A DNA stretch of 64,000 bases from Sediminibacterium sp. (GTDB lineage Bacteria > Bacteroidota > Bacteroidia > Chitinophagales > Chitinophagaceae): the NCBI GenBank assembly GCA_965229255.1, contig CBDDIX010000005.1, forward strand, positions 26,975 to 90,974, in the 5' to 3' direction. Numbering within the stretch: position 1 is the first letter of the stretch; each line of letters opens with the position of its first letter. The position numbers were made by a program, and so were the translations under genes. The notes beneath the pieces are model-generated. The model did no database searches, was not told the DNA's origin, and saw only the letters and a program-made list of their open reading frames with translations. Of the stretch, positions 54,932 through 63,133 are shown one piece after another.

Positions 54932-55136
54932 GGGGGTTGCAGGGGTTGCACAACCCCCGGTAACTGCTTGATAACCAGTCAGATGTTACAAAAAAAATGT
55001 TTGGATCAGGGAGCCGTTTTTAAACATTTTTTTTATTTAAAGATGTTGGTAATTGATTTATAAATGTTTATATATGGTGATAAATAAGAAAAATCACCTA
55101 GTTGCAACCCCCAGTAACTGATTGATAATAAGTTAC
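54932..55136. repeat. Origin-like repeat block: two 24-bp direct repeats, GGGGTTGCA units, AT-rich IR core
   Basis: CAACCCCCGGTAACTGCTTGATAA (54951-54974) vs CAACCCCCAGTAACTGATTGATAA (55105-55128), 22/24 identical. GGGGTTGCA occurs in tandem at 54933 and 54942. Perfect 13-bp IR at 54990-55002 / 55022-55034. Confidence 0.75.
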
Positions 55137-55251
55137 TTGTTCCAAAAAAAATGCTTGAATTTTCCTCTTTTATGCGTCATATGATTTTGGGTGCATCTGG
55201 CTCCTTTTTTCGCTCTTTCTTCGCTTCACAGCCTGTATTTCTTCTTATCAA

Positions 55252-55397
55252 AGCCTTATCAGCCTCGTTCATGGACGAAGAATGTTCTAGTGTGGACGAA
55301 GGATGTTCGTCCGTGGACGAAGAACGTTCGAGTGTGAGCGAAGAATGTTCGTCTGTGAATGAAGGGAGGAAGGAGGAATGATGGAGCTGATAAGGCT
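55252..55397. repeat. 21-bp tandem array (about 5 units) bracketed by a perfect 12-bp inverted repeat
   Basis: Units start at 55265, 55286, 55307, 55328 and 55349 (consensus TCGnnnGTGGACGAAGAATGT). IR AGCCTTATCAGC (55252-55263) / GCTGATAAGGCT (55386-55397). Confidence 0.85.
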
Positions 55398-55429
55398 GTG
55401 ATATGGGGGTGGTAGGGAGCGCGAAGAAA

Positions 55430-56386
55430 TTACAATCGATGTAATTGCGAATGAAGTCTTTCAAGCAACTCCTCAAAGGGCGGTTGCCCATTATAATACA
55501 AGGCAGACGTTGCTTCATAACGCACCTTAAATTGTTCCTTTAATGTAGAATCACTCAGTAAAAATGCTTGGTTTTCCTGGATAGGAATGTCTAGGTCTTT
55601 TTTAAACTTTACAATCTTGTATTCCTCATATTCTTTTGTGCCGATAAACGTCAATACTCTTTCAATATTGAGGAGTGAGTAAACATCATAGTATTGACGC
55701 ATCAAATTCGGCTTCTCACCTTTTTTCTCAACTTGCTCCTGTCTAAACATCCTGGCAATTGTCTGCAGTTTTTCTACAAAAGTGTACCCGGGATCATAGC
55801 ATGCGATATCGATAGCTCTATTGTCTACTATTTGAATCGAATCAATAGATATAGCTTTTTCGTAAGCCCATGAACTAATCGTTTTTCTTTCAAAAGGAGT
55901 CACCTTGTCAAAACCGGCTTCCAGCAGGATTCCATCTTTAATACCAGTAACCGTGTCAAACAGACTATTGTAATGAAGGCGTATGCCCCCACTAAAATAA
56001 TACCTGGTATCATCAAAAGAGGTATCCCTGGCTAAGGAAATAATTCCATCGATCTTAATGTTGTTTACCAGGAAATCATAAAACTCATTTCTGCCCTTGA
56101 TTTGGTTTTCTTTTAGTTTGTTGCGCTCCTCTGCAACCCCCATTGCAGGTGGAGGCGTTATATGAATATCAATATCCTCCGAAAAACGATGGATGATCCC
56201 ATAGCCTTTCGACAGGGATGTACCTCCTTTCAATTCAAAGGCGTAGCCACCTTTTGTAAGGCCGTATAATACATGCATGATCCAATAGTCCTTCTCAACC
56301 AATACCGGCAGAATATTTTTTTCCTCAGCCACAATCTGCAGCAGTGCTTTGAATTCCGGGTGTTCATGAAGATATGCAGCAGGCAT
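55430..56386 (-). CDS. AbiEii/AbiGii nucleotidyltransferase toxin (type IV TA)
   Basis: LVEKDYW, FELKGGTSL, HRFSEDIDI, TFVEKL and RQYYDVY. ATG 56386 is preferred over TTG 56419. Confidence 0.9.
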   Translation of the reverse strand: MPAAYLHEHPEFKALLQIVAEEKNILPVLVEKDYWIMHVLYGLTKGGYAFELKGGTSLSKGYGIIHRFSEDIDIHITPPPAMGVAEERNKLKENQIKGRNEFYDFLVNNIKIDGIISLARDTSFDDTRYYFSGGIRLHYNSLFDTVTGIKDGILLEAGFDKVTPFERKTISSWAYEKAISIDSIQIVDNRAIDIACYDPGYTFVEKLQTIARMFRQEQVEKKGEKPNLMRQYYDVYSLLNIERVLTFIGTKEYEEYKIVKFKKDLDIPIQENQAFLLSDSTLKEQFKVRYEATSALYYNGQPPFEELLERLHSQLHRL

Positions 56387-56402
56387 TGTTGCTAATTGTG
56401 TT

Positions 56403-56972
56403 TTATAAGTATTGGGCAAATAATTTCCTGGCTTTTACACCACCGTATTCTGAAACCGCATGTGCCAGCTTCTTCCTATTCATAGACATCGCCTTGGCAG
56501 GAAGGTTATTCAACACCAGGCTTTTATCTTCAGCCAGTGAGTTCAGGTTATTCACCATATCCACTATCAAAAATTCCGGCGACACCTTTTTCGGAAAATG
56601 AGGCTTTATCCTGAAATTGAATGTCCGGTTCCCAAGTTTGAATTCGCCATGGCGTTTATGGTTGTAAACAACACGGCTATTATACAGCTGGGTAGTGCCA
56701 AGCCCCAGGCTGTTATAGGAATTCGGGGAGGTGAGTAGGAACCTGTCATCTTTCAGGAAACTGCGTACCAATGCCTCATCTTCTGGCGGTGCCGCCCCGA
56801 AAGCCGTCATTCTTGGATAATAGTACACCCCCTGGGAAAGTTTCTGCAAAGTGCCTTCCTGCACAAGCTCTTCCAGGTGCCGGTCAACAGAAGTGGACCA
56901 TTGCGTAAGATCTTCCCGGCGATACACATTACCCTGTTTCAGGTGTTTTTTTAGTTTATCCAGTTTCGACAT
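56403..56972 (-). CDS. AbiEi-like antitoxin (wHTH N-domain)
   Basis: VDRHLEELVQEGTLQKLSQGVYYYP wHTH, NSLGLGTTQ; directly upstream of the AbiEii gene. Confidence 0.8.
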   Translation of the reverse strand: MSKLDKLKKHLKQGNVYRREDLTQWSTSVDRHLEELVQEGTLQKLSQGVYYYPRMTAFGAAPPEDEALVRSFLKDDRFLLTSPNSYNSLGLGTTQLYNSRVVYNHKRHGEFKLGNRTFNFRIKPHFPKKVSPEFLIVDMVNNLNSLAEDKSLVLNNLPAKAMSMNRKKLAHAVSEYGGVKARKLFAQYL

Positions 56973-57207
56973 ATAAAAATTCTACATAAAGGTAGGGAAA
57001 GTAGATAAAATGAATAGTTATTTATTTAAAATTCATGCAAAATGAAGAAAATTTTACTTGTAATTGCTTTGAAACCTTTATTGGGGAGTAGGGGCAAATA
57101 GAGTTGGCAGAACTTGTACCAAATCTTGGCACAACACCTACTAGTAAATCGGACAAACTGGATTTATGCAATCGGATTTTGCGCGCATGAGGTTAAACCA
57201 AGTTAGG

Positions 57208-58275
57208 CTAATGTTCTTCTGAATAGCCTAACAACTCCGTCTGTATTATTCGTAATCGCTCTTTGATATTTGCAACATCATTCGTGCCATGTTGAGTTAG
57301 CCTATCGTATTCTAGCAAATCATAATCTGCATTTTCATAAGATGTTTCCGCAATAGTTCTATTGGTTTTAACTTTTTCTGTAAAAGCCAATAACGATGAT
57401 CTTGAAATACTATGACCACCTTTGGATGCATTTTTAAAAAGTAGATAGAAAACCACAATATTACCCTGTGCTCTAAGAAGATTGTCTGCAAGCACAAAAC
57501 AACGATCCATGGTATTCAGAACGGATTTTACAATTGTGCTTACATTATTAACTACAGTAATGTTTCCCGTTTTATATTTTTTAGCCATTGAATCCAGGTA
57601 CACTTTTTTTGTATCAATAAGTTTACCATATTCTATTTTCGAAATTTCAACTAATAGAAGTCGAGCGGCAACCTCGTAATGTTGATATCTATTATTCGCA
57701 AATTTCACTTTAGTAAAAAAAGAATGATTAGAAAGTTTTCGAATCTCGCTAACCATATCCCCACCAAATGCATTTCTTTTTTCAGCAGAATTTAACGGAG
57801 CAGCTTCATTCAATCGAGAAAACATATCCTCAATCAAATCCAAATCGTCAGTTTGGACACCAACAATCGGCAAAACAAACGAATCAAATTTGATCTTAAT
57901 TTTCGGATATTCCTTCGATAAATCGTCATAGCTTAATCCGCAAAGTTTCAAATGAGGATCATCTTGATACTCGAAATCATCTGAAAGACAAAACTTGCCA
58001 TCAACGAATGCCCATATGGTTTCTAGTCGTTGTTTGCCGTCAATAATTGCGTAAGACTTTCCTGTCTTTTGTTTTTCTATTCTATCAAACTGATGAAAAT
58101 ATATTTTTGGAATGTCATAGTTATTTAAAATAGAATCAATAAGCAACTGTTTTTTTTCGGGTGTCCAAATTCCTCCGTTACGCTGATATTCAGGATCAAC
58201 AATAATTTCATCCTTTTCAGAGTAAACTCTGAGAATTGTAGCATGTTGAACGGGGTTGGTTTCTATATAACTCAT
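57208..58275 (-). CDS. DUF262 (ParB/GmrS-like) domain protein, no HNH domain apparent
   Basis: PEYQRNGGIW...LLIDSILNNYDIPKIYF, IIDGKQRLETI and MFSRLNEAAPLNSAEKRNA. Confidence 0.88.
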   Translation of the reverse strand: MSYIETNPVQHATILRVYSEKDEIIVDPEYQRNGGIWTPEKKQLLIDSILNNYDIPKIYFHQFDRIEKQKTGKSYAIIDGKQRLETIWAFVDGKFCLSDDFEYQDDPHLKLCGLSYDDLSKEYPKIKIKFDSFVLPIVGVQTDDLDLIEDMFSRLNEAAPLNSAEKRNAFGGDMVSEIRKLSNHSFFTKVKFANNRYQHYEVAARLLLVEISKIEYGKLIDTKKVYLDSMAKKYKTGNITVVNNVSTIVKSVLNTMDRCFVLADNLLRAQGNIVVFYLLFKNASKGGHSISRSSLLAFTEKVKTNRTIAETSYENADYDLLEYDRLTQHGTNDVANIKERLRIIQTELLGYSEEH

Positions 58276-59006
58276 TTGTAATGTCCTTTTAGTATTTCGC
58301 CTATGCTTGATAATTCCGGGAACAATGTGAACTTACTGATCCCTAATAACTTTAATTCTTTTCTTATCTCTTCTTTACAATTTTGGGGGATAAGATATTT
58401 TACAACTTCATTTGAATTGCAAAAATCTTCAATAGGTCTAACATCTAAATGATGTATCGTGAAAACTCCTAATTGAGCTTGTATTCTTGAATTATTTCTA
58501 GTGGCAATGGTAGCTAAAGGTGTTAATTTATTTCTTGGATTTTGGTTTAACACTTCAACTGAATAGCTTTTAAGCTCCAGATCATCAAAACAAAGGATGA
58601 AATTCTTTTCACCAACACTAATGCCGGCAATTTTATTTAGCTCAGTTGGTTTTAACGACCACAATGCCGCATCATTTGCTTCAGTTGCCACATCTGATAC
58701 TGCAAAATAGAGGGCAGTTAAAGGGCTTTCCGTCCAATCCAATAACCTAGTAGGTACCCCATAATGTTGCATAAGAAACATCCAGTCGAAATCATCTTTA
58801 GGGTGTCTATCTAACAGCATTCCAGCAGATTGCTTAAATCGAGTCAAAAAACTCCCCTCTGATGGTCCTCCGGTTGTGCGTAAGAGCCCAGGTGATAAGG
58901 TCCAAGTAAATTCTCCCTGCCCTCTATACCAAATATCACCATCGTATGCAGAATTATCCGTCTTCAATATTTCAATTAAATCACTAACGCTTTTTATTTC
59001 TTTCAT
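58272..59006 (-). CDS. FRG-domain protein
   Basis: IWYRGQG...LSPGLLR, MQHYGVPTRLLDWTESPLTALYFA and NSRIQAQLGVFTIH. ATGA overlap with the DUF262 gene. Confidence 0.92.
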   Translation of the reverse strand: MKEIKSVSDLIEILKTDNSAYDGDIWYRGQGEFTWTLSPGLLRTTGGPSEGSFLTRFKQSAGMLLDRHPKDDFDWMFLMQHYGVPTRLLDWTESPLTALYFAVSDVATEANDAALWSLKPTELNKIAGISVGEKNFILCFDDLELKSYSVEVLNQNPRNKLTPLATIATRNNSRIQAQLGVFTIHHLDVRPIEDFCNSNEVVKYLIPQNCKEEIRKELKLLGISKFTLFPELSSIGEILKGHYK

Positions 59007-59120
59007 GATAGCTGTGACAAAGATTGTCTTTTAATGAAGGGGGAGGGAGCTAAGATATAAATATATAATAAGAAACACGAATGTGGGATCGATCTGCACA
59101 ATAATCAAGGAGATAAAGCA

Positions 59121-59153
59121 GAAATAAAACAACCCTTGCGGAGCAAGGGTTGT
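59121..59153 (-). terminator. Intrinsic terminator of tRNA-Glu
   Basis: Minus strand ACAACCCTTGC-TCC-GCAAGGGTTGT (11-bp perfect stem), followed by TTTATTTC. Confidence 0.85.
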
Positions 59154-59155
59154 AG

Positions 59156-59227
59156 TAGCCGGTACGGGAATCGAACCCGTCTTTGCCCCGTGAAAGGGGG
59201 CTGTCCTAACCGATAGACGAACCGGCC
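59156..59227 (-). tRNA. tRNA-Glu (anticodon TTC), CCA not encoded
   Basis: 72-nt cloverleaf: acceptor GGCCGGT/ACCGGCT, anticodon arm GCCCC-CTTTCAC-GGGGC, T arm ACGGG-TTCGATT-CCCGT. Confidence 0.97.
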
Positions 59228-59247
59228 GATTTTCTTTAATCGGGACG

Positions 59248-59255
59248 CAAAAATA
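59248..59255 (-). promoter_or_regulatory. -7 promoter element of tRNA-Glu
   Basis: Minus-strand TATTTTTG, 21 bp upstream of the tRNA 5' end. Confidence 0.7.
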
Positions 59256-59322
59256 GGCTTGAGACCCTTTTCCGCCAAATCATTTTTCAAATAAAGGGTT
59301 TTTATCTTCAAACACTGTTGCT

Positions 59323-59362
59323 GACCATAGTCAATAGACCATGGTCCATGGACTATGGTCTA
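59323..59362. repeat. Palindromic heptamer repeat (GACCATA/GTCCATG family)
   Basis: gaccata-gtcaata-gaccatg-gtccatg-gactatg-gtctatc. The 10-mers GACCATAGTC, GACCATGGTC and GACTATGGTC sit at 59323, 59337 and 59351; the outer pair is an exact IR. Confidence 0.8.
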
Positions 59363-59408
59363 TCAACTGCCATTCAAAAAATATCACTACTATTCTTCCC
59401 AATCATCG

Positions 59409-59416
59409 TAAATTTG
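59409..59416 (+). promoter_or_regulatory. -7 promoter element of gap
   Basis: TAAATTTG, 41 bp upstream of the ATG. Confidence 0.7.
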
Positions 59417-59456
59417 CGACTCAATTTGATTTTTCAATCATTTAAATACGGAATTC

Positions 59457-60473
59457 ATGAGTACAGTTAAAGTTGCCATCAACGGGTTCGGTCGTATCGG
59501 CCGTTTGGTGTTTCGCCAGATCTACAACATGGAAGGCATTGAAGTTGTAGCGATTAATGATTTGACCAGTCCTAAAGTTTTGGCACATTTATTAAAATAT
59601 GACAGCGCCCAGGGGCGTTTTGAGGGTGCCACAGTCACTTCTACAGAAGATTCTATCATCGTAAACGGCGATACCGTAAAAATATACGCACAGAAGGACC
59701 CTGCACAAATTCCATGGGGTGCGCATAGTGTAGACGTAGTGATCGAATCAACCGGTTTCTTTACCGATAAGGATAAAGCAGCGGCACACATCACTGCAGG
59801 TGCTAAAAGAGTAGTGATCTCTGCACCGGCCACCGGCGACCTGAAAACAGTTGTTTTCAACGTTAACCATGCAATACTGGATGGCAGCGAAACCATTATC
59901 TCTTGTGCATCATGTACCACTAACTGCCTGGCACCAATGGCCAAAGTGTTGAATGACAAATATGGTATCGTTACCGGTATCATGACAACCATTCATGCCT
60001 ACACCAACGACCAGAACACCCTCGATGCACCGCATCCGAAAGGGGACCTGCGCAGGGCAAGGGCGGCAGCGGCCAATATTGTTCCAAACAGCACCGGTGC
60101 GGCAAAAGCGATCGGTTTGGTATTACCAGAGTTAAAAGGAAAGCTCGATGGAAGTGCACAACGTGTTCCAACCATCACCGGTTCTCTAACTGAGCTGGTA
60201 AGTGTGTTAGGTAAGAAAGTAACACCTGAAGAGATCAATGAAGCCATGAAAGCGGCCAGCAATGAAAGCTTTGGATACAATGAAGACGAGATCGTAAGTA
60301 CAGATATCATTGGAACCCATTTCGGTTCATTGTTTGATGCTACACAAACCAAAGTGCTCACAGTAGGTGACTCACAACTGGTGAAAACCGTTAGCTGGTA
60401 CGATAATGAAATGAGCTATGTAAGCCAGCTGGTTCGTACCGTAAAATATTTTGCGGGCCTTATCAGCAAATAA
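59457..60473 (+). CDS. gap: Type I glyceraldehyde-3-phosphate dehydrogenase
   Basis: [11 protein letters not shown], active site [10 protein letters not shown], and SWYDNE. Confidence 0.97.
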   Translation: MSTVKVAINGFGRIGRLVFRQIYNMEGIEVVAINDLTSPKVLAHLLKYDSAQGRFEGATVTSTEDSIIVNGDTVKIYAQKDPAQIPWGAHSVDVVIESTGFFTDKDKAAAHITAGAKRVVISAPATGDLKTVVFNVNHAILDGSETIISCASCTTNCLAPMAKVLNDKYGIVTGIMTTIHAYTNDQNTLDAPHPKGDLRRARAAAANIVPNSTGAAKAIGLVLPELKGKLDGSAQRVPTITGSLTELVSVLGKKVTPEEINEAMKAASNESFGYNEDEIVSTDIIGTHFGSLFDATQTKVLTVGDSQLVKTVSWYDNEMSYVSQLVRTVKYFAGLISK

Positions 60474-60488
60474 AATTTGATATAAGAG

Positions 60489-60516
60489 AATGCCGGACCC
60501 AGTTCCGGCATTTTTT
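60489..60516 (+). terminator. Intrinsic terminator between gap and pgk
   Basis: AATGCCGGA-N6-TCCGGCATT-TTTT. Confidence 0.8.
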
Positions 60517-60541
60517 ATTTTACCCTATTAACCCACTTACC

Positions 60542-61741
60542 ATGAGCAGGTTCGCGAGCCACGATTTTAAAGGACAGAAAGCATTGATCCGTGTAGACTT
60601 CAATGTTCCACTCGATGCTTCATTCAATATCACAGACGATACCAGGATGAAGGCAACATTGCCTACCATCAACAAAGTGCTGAAAGATGGTGGAAGTGCC
60701 ATCCTGATGAGCCATCTTGGTCGCCCGAAAGACGGTCCTACGGATAAATATTCCCTCAAACACCTGGTATCGCATCTCGAAGAAATATTACAGCTAAAAG
60801 GCAAAGTTCGTTTTGCGGATGACTGTATCGGTTCTTCTGCAACAGAAGCAGCCGCTGCTTTACAGCCCGGTGAAGTACTGCTGTTAGAGAATCTCCGTTT
60901 TTACAAAGAAGAAGAAAAAGGTGATGAAGCTTTTGCCGAAAAACTCAGCAAACTGGGGGATGTATATGTGAACGATGCATTTGGAACGGCACACCGCGCA
61001 CACGCCTCAACAGCCGTGATCGCAAAATTCTTCCCGGGTGATAAGAAAATGTTTGGCTTACTCATGGAAAGTGAAGTGGCCAGCGCTGAACAGGTAATGC
61101 ACAAAGGCGAGAAACCATTTACTGCCATCATCGGTGGTGCGAAAGTGAGTGATAAGATATTGATCATCGAAAATTTATTGGAAAGAGCTACTGATATCAT
61201 CATCGGTGGCGGAATGGCCTATACATTTATGAAAGCCGAAGGCGGTGCCATCGGAAATTCACTTTGTGAAGAGGACCGCCTGCAAACCGCACTGGAGCTG
61301 ATGAAGAAAGCAGCTGATAAAGGCGTATGTATCCATCTTCCCTCAGACTCAGTGATCGCCGATAAGTTTGCCGCAGATGCCAATATATCTACAGCCCCCA
61401 GCAATGAGATCCCTGCCGGATGGATGGGTCTTGATATCGGCATGAACGCCTGCGAACAGTTCGCCAACGTAATCAAACGATCCAAAACCATTCTCTGGAA
61501 CGGTCCGATGGGCGTATTTGAAATGGAGAAATTTCAACACGGCACCAAGGGTATTGCAAAAGCAGTAGCAGCAGCCACAGAAGCAGGCGCTTTCTCATTA
61601 GTAGGCGGCGGCGACAGTGTAGCCGCTGTTAACCAATTCGGCTATGCAGATAAGGTTAGTTACGTATCCACAGGCGGTGGCGCATTACTCGAATATTTTG
61701 AAGGAAAAGTATTACCCGGTATAGCGGCCATAAACGATTAG
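60542..61741 (+). CDS. pgk: Phosphoglycerate kinase
   Basis: [42 protein letters not shown] and VSTGGGA. Confidence 0.97.
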   Translation: MSRFASHDFKGQKALIRVDFNVPLDASFNITDDTRMKATLPTINKVLKDGGSAILMSHLGRPKDGPTDKYSLKHLVSHLEEILQLKGKVRFADDCIGSSATEAAAALQPGEVLLLENLRFYKEEEKGDEAFAEKLSKLGDVYVNDAFGTAHRAHASTAVIAKFFPGDKKMFGLLMESEVASAEQVMHKGEKPFTAIIGGAKVSDKILIIENLLERATDIIIGGGMAYTFMKAEGGAIGNSLCEEDRLQTALELMKKAADKGVCIHLPSDSVIADKFAADANISTAPSNEIPAGWMGLDIGMNACEQFANVIKRSKTILWNGPMGVFEMEKFQHGTKGIAKAVAAATEAGAFSLVGGGDSVAAVNQFGYADKVSYVSTGGGALLEYFEGKVLPGIAAIND

Positions 61742-61760
61742 AAAATAGCGTATATGTTAA

Positions 61761-61793
61761 AAAAAGACTGTCTCCGCGGCAGTCTTTTTCTTT
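61761..61793 (+). terminator. Intrinsic terminator after pgk
   Basis: AAAAAGACTGTC-N5-GGCAGTCTTTTT-CTTT. Confidence 0.8.
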
Positions 61794-61826
61794 GCGTACA
61801 TCGCGGTTCGTTGCGCCCTTTGCGTT
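61790..61826 (-). repeat. Degenerate CGCAAAG nonamer repeat (half element related to 4070-4157)
   Basis: Minus strand AACGCAAAG-GGCGCAACG-AACCGCGAT-GTACGCAAAG. Confidence 0.45.
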
Positions 61827-62006
61827 CCAGCTTTTCTCCAACAAGTATAGCTAACTCCCCAATAACAAAGCCTTCCCACCACTTATGACTGTCTTTACCC
61901 CTGAATTCCCGCCAAAATGCCATCCAAACCCACCCGGCACCTCTTTTGTAATATTTACACTGGTTTTACTACAAACAAGTAAATTACACTTAAATCTAAA
62001 ATTTGT

Positions 62007-62597
62007 ATGAGTACGAAAAACATTGTCCTTATTGTTATCGTTGGTCTGGTTTTGATACTGGGCTTCAAAGGATGTAGCGGTTATAATGGATTAGTTGTTG
62101 CAGACGAAGGCGTTAGCAATGCATGGAATAAAGTACAGAGTGATTATCAGCGCCGTTCAGACCTGATACCCAACCTTGTAAATACAGTTAAAGGCGAAGC
62201 CAATTTTGAGCAGGGAACTTTAACCAAAGTGATCGAAGCAAGAGCCAGCGCTACCCAGATGAAAGTGGATGCGAAAGACCTTACACCTGAAAAATTACAA
62301 CAGTTCCAGGCTAGCCAGGGGCAGTTATCCCAGGCACTCGGTCGTTTATTAGTGGTATCTGAGAACTATCCTAACCTTCGTGCAAACGATGCGTTCCGTG
62401 GTTTACAGGCCCAGTTAGAAGGCACTGAGAACAGGATCAAAGTAGCGCGTAACGATTTCAATGATGCTGTACTGACTTACAATGTGAAGGTTCGTTCTTT
62501 CCCTATGAATATTTTCTCGGGTATGTTCGGGTTCAAAGCAAAAGAAGGCTTTAAAGCAGAAGTGGGCGCAGAAAAAGCACCTGAAGTAAAATTCTAA
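62007..62597 (+). CDS. lemA: LemA family protein
   Basis: N-terminal TM; YQRRSDLIPNLV, ENYPNL, LEGTENRI and RSFP...GMFGF. Confidence 0.93.
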   Translation: MSTKNIVLIVIVGLVLILGFKGCSGYNGLVVADEGVSNAWNKVQSDYQRRSDLIPNLVNTVKGEANFEQGTLTKVIEARASATQMKVDAKDLTPEKLQQFQASQGQLSQALGRLLVVSENYPNLRANDAFRGLQAQLEGTENRIKVARNDFNDAVLTYNVKVRSFPMNIFSGMFGFKAKEGFKAEVGAEKAPEVKF

Positions 62598-62606
62598 AAA
62601 ACCTGC

Positions 62607-63068
62607 ATGCTGGGATTATTTCAAAAGAAACCCGTTGCTTATTTTTCGGAAGCAGAAAAGCTGGCGGTAACCACGGCTATTCAGCAAGCTGAAAAGAGAA
62701 CCAGTGGAGAGATACGGGTATACATTGAAAGTCATTGCGCCACAGCCGATCCGCTTGAGCGCGCCACCAACGTGTTCCAGGAGTTAAAGATGAATGAAAC
62801 ACACGCGCGTAACGGGGTATTGGTATATGTGGCGATGAAAGATAGAAAGCTGGCTGTGTATGGAGATGCAGGCATTCATGAAAAAGTGGGTGATGCATTC
62901 TGGCAGGAAGCAGTAACTAATATCGTTCAGCATTTTAATAAGAATAATTATGCTGAAGGCATTGCCGGTATCGTACAGGGAGTAGGGGAAGCATTGGCAA
63001 CACATTTTCCTTATGTAGCGAAAGATGATACCAATGAATTGCCCGATGACATAGTATTTGGAAAATAA
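62607..63068 (+). CDS. TPM (TLP18.3/Psb32/MOLO-1) domain protein
   Basis: AEKRTSGEIRV, RNGVLVY and DTNELPDDI. Confidence 0.88.
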   Translation: MLGLFQKKPVAYFSEAEKLAVTTAIQQAEKRTSGEIRVYIESHCATADPLERATNVFQELKMNETHARNGVLVYVAMKDRKLAVYGDAGIHEKVGDAFWQEAVTNIVQHFNKNNYAEGIAGIVQGVGEALATHFPYVAKDDTNELPDDIVFGK

Positions 63069-63075
63069 TAACAAA

Positions 63076-63100
63076 CCGGCCGGGCTAAAAACCTGGCCGG
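63076..63100 (+). terminator. GC-rich stem-loop between TPM genes
   Basis: CCGGCCGGG-N7-CCTGGCCGG (one G.U pair), followed by GCTGTTT. Confidence 0.5.
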
Positions 63101-63133
63101 GCTGTTTATAGCGCAGCAAATAAATCATATGGA

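Larger units (their letters stand above)
54175..59155 (-). mobile_element. Accessory/defence islet at the 3' end of tRNA-Glu (no integrase seen)
   Basis: TA and defence-type genes are co-oriented immediately 3' of a tRNA. FRG/DUF262 is AT-rich (sampled 60-nt lines at 58081, 58321 and 58801: 20%, 27%, 43% GC). No att duplication or recombinase was found. Confidence 0.45.

Noticed and set aside
54960-54989. Chromosomal dif (XerCD) site
   Set aside because: The dyad does not match the 11-6-11 dif consensus I know and it occurs twice in direct orientation.
55265-55369. 21-bp array as a CRISPR or TIGR-type guide array
   Set aside because: The units are contiguous degenerate copies with no unique spacers between constant repeats, and no cas, Nop-domain or RT gene is recognisable in the window.
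55151-55518. ORFs 55151-55381 (+) and 55177-55518 (-) as genes
   Set aside because: Both stay open mainly because the 21-bp repeat lacks stops in those frames. The minus ORF overlaps the AbiEii 3' end in another frame. Neither has a recognisable domain. A coding remnant is not excluded but is not supported.
57042-57101. Mini-ORF MKKILLVIALKPLLGSRGK resembling a signal-peptide remnant
   Set aside because: It is only 19 codons and no continuation is recognisable in other frames, so it cannot be distinguished from chance in AT-rich DNA.
54175-59227. Intact integrative element with attL/attR at tRNA-Glu
   Set aside because: I found no duplicated tRNA 3' end (TAGCCGGTACGGG on the + strand) and no integrase or transposase. 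The shared ACAACCC at 54950 and 59129 is too short to be significant.
61738-61923. Minus-strand 61-aa ORF after pgk
   Set aside because: It runs through the pgk terminator and the nonamer repeat, has no motif, and is treated as spurious.
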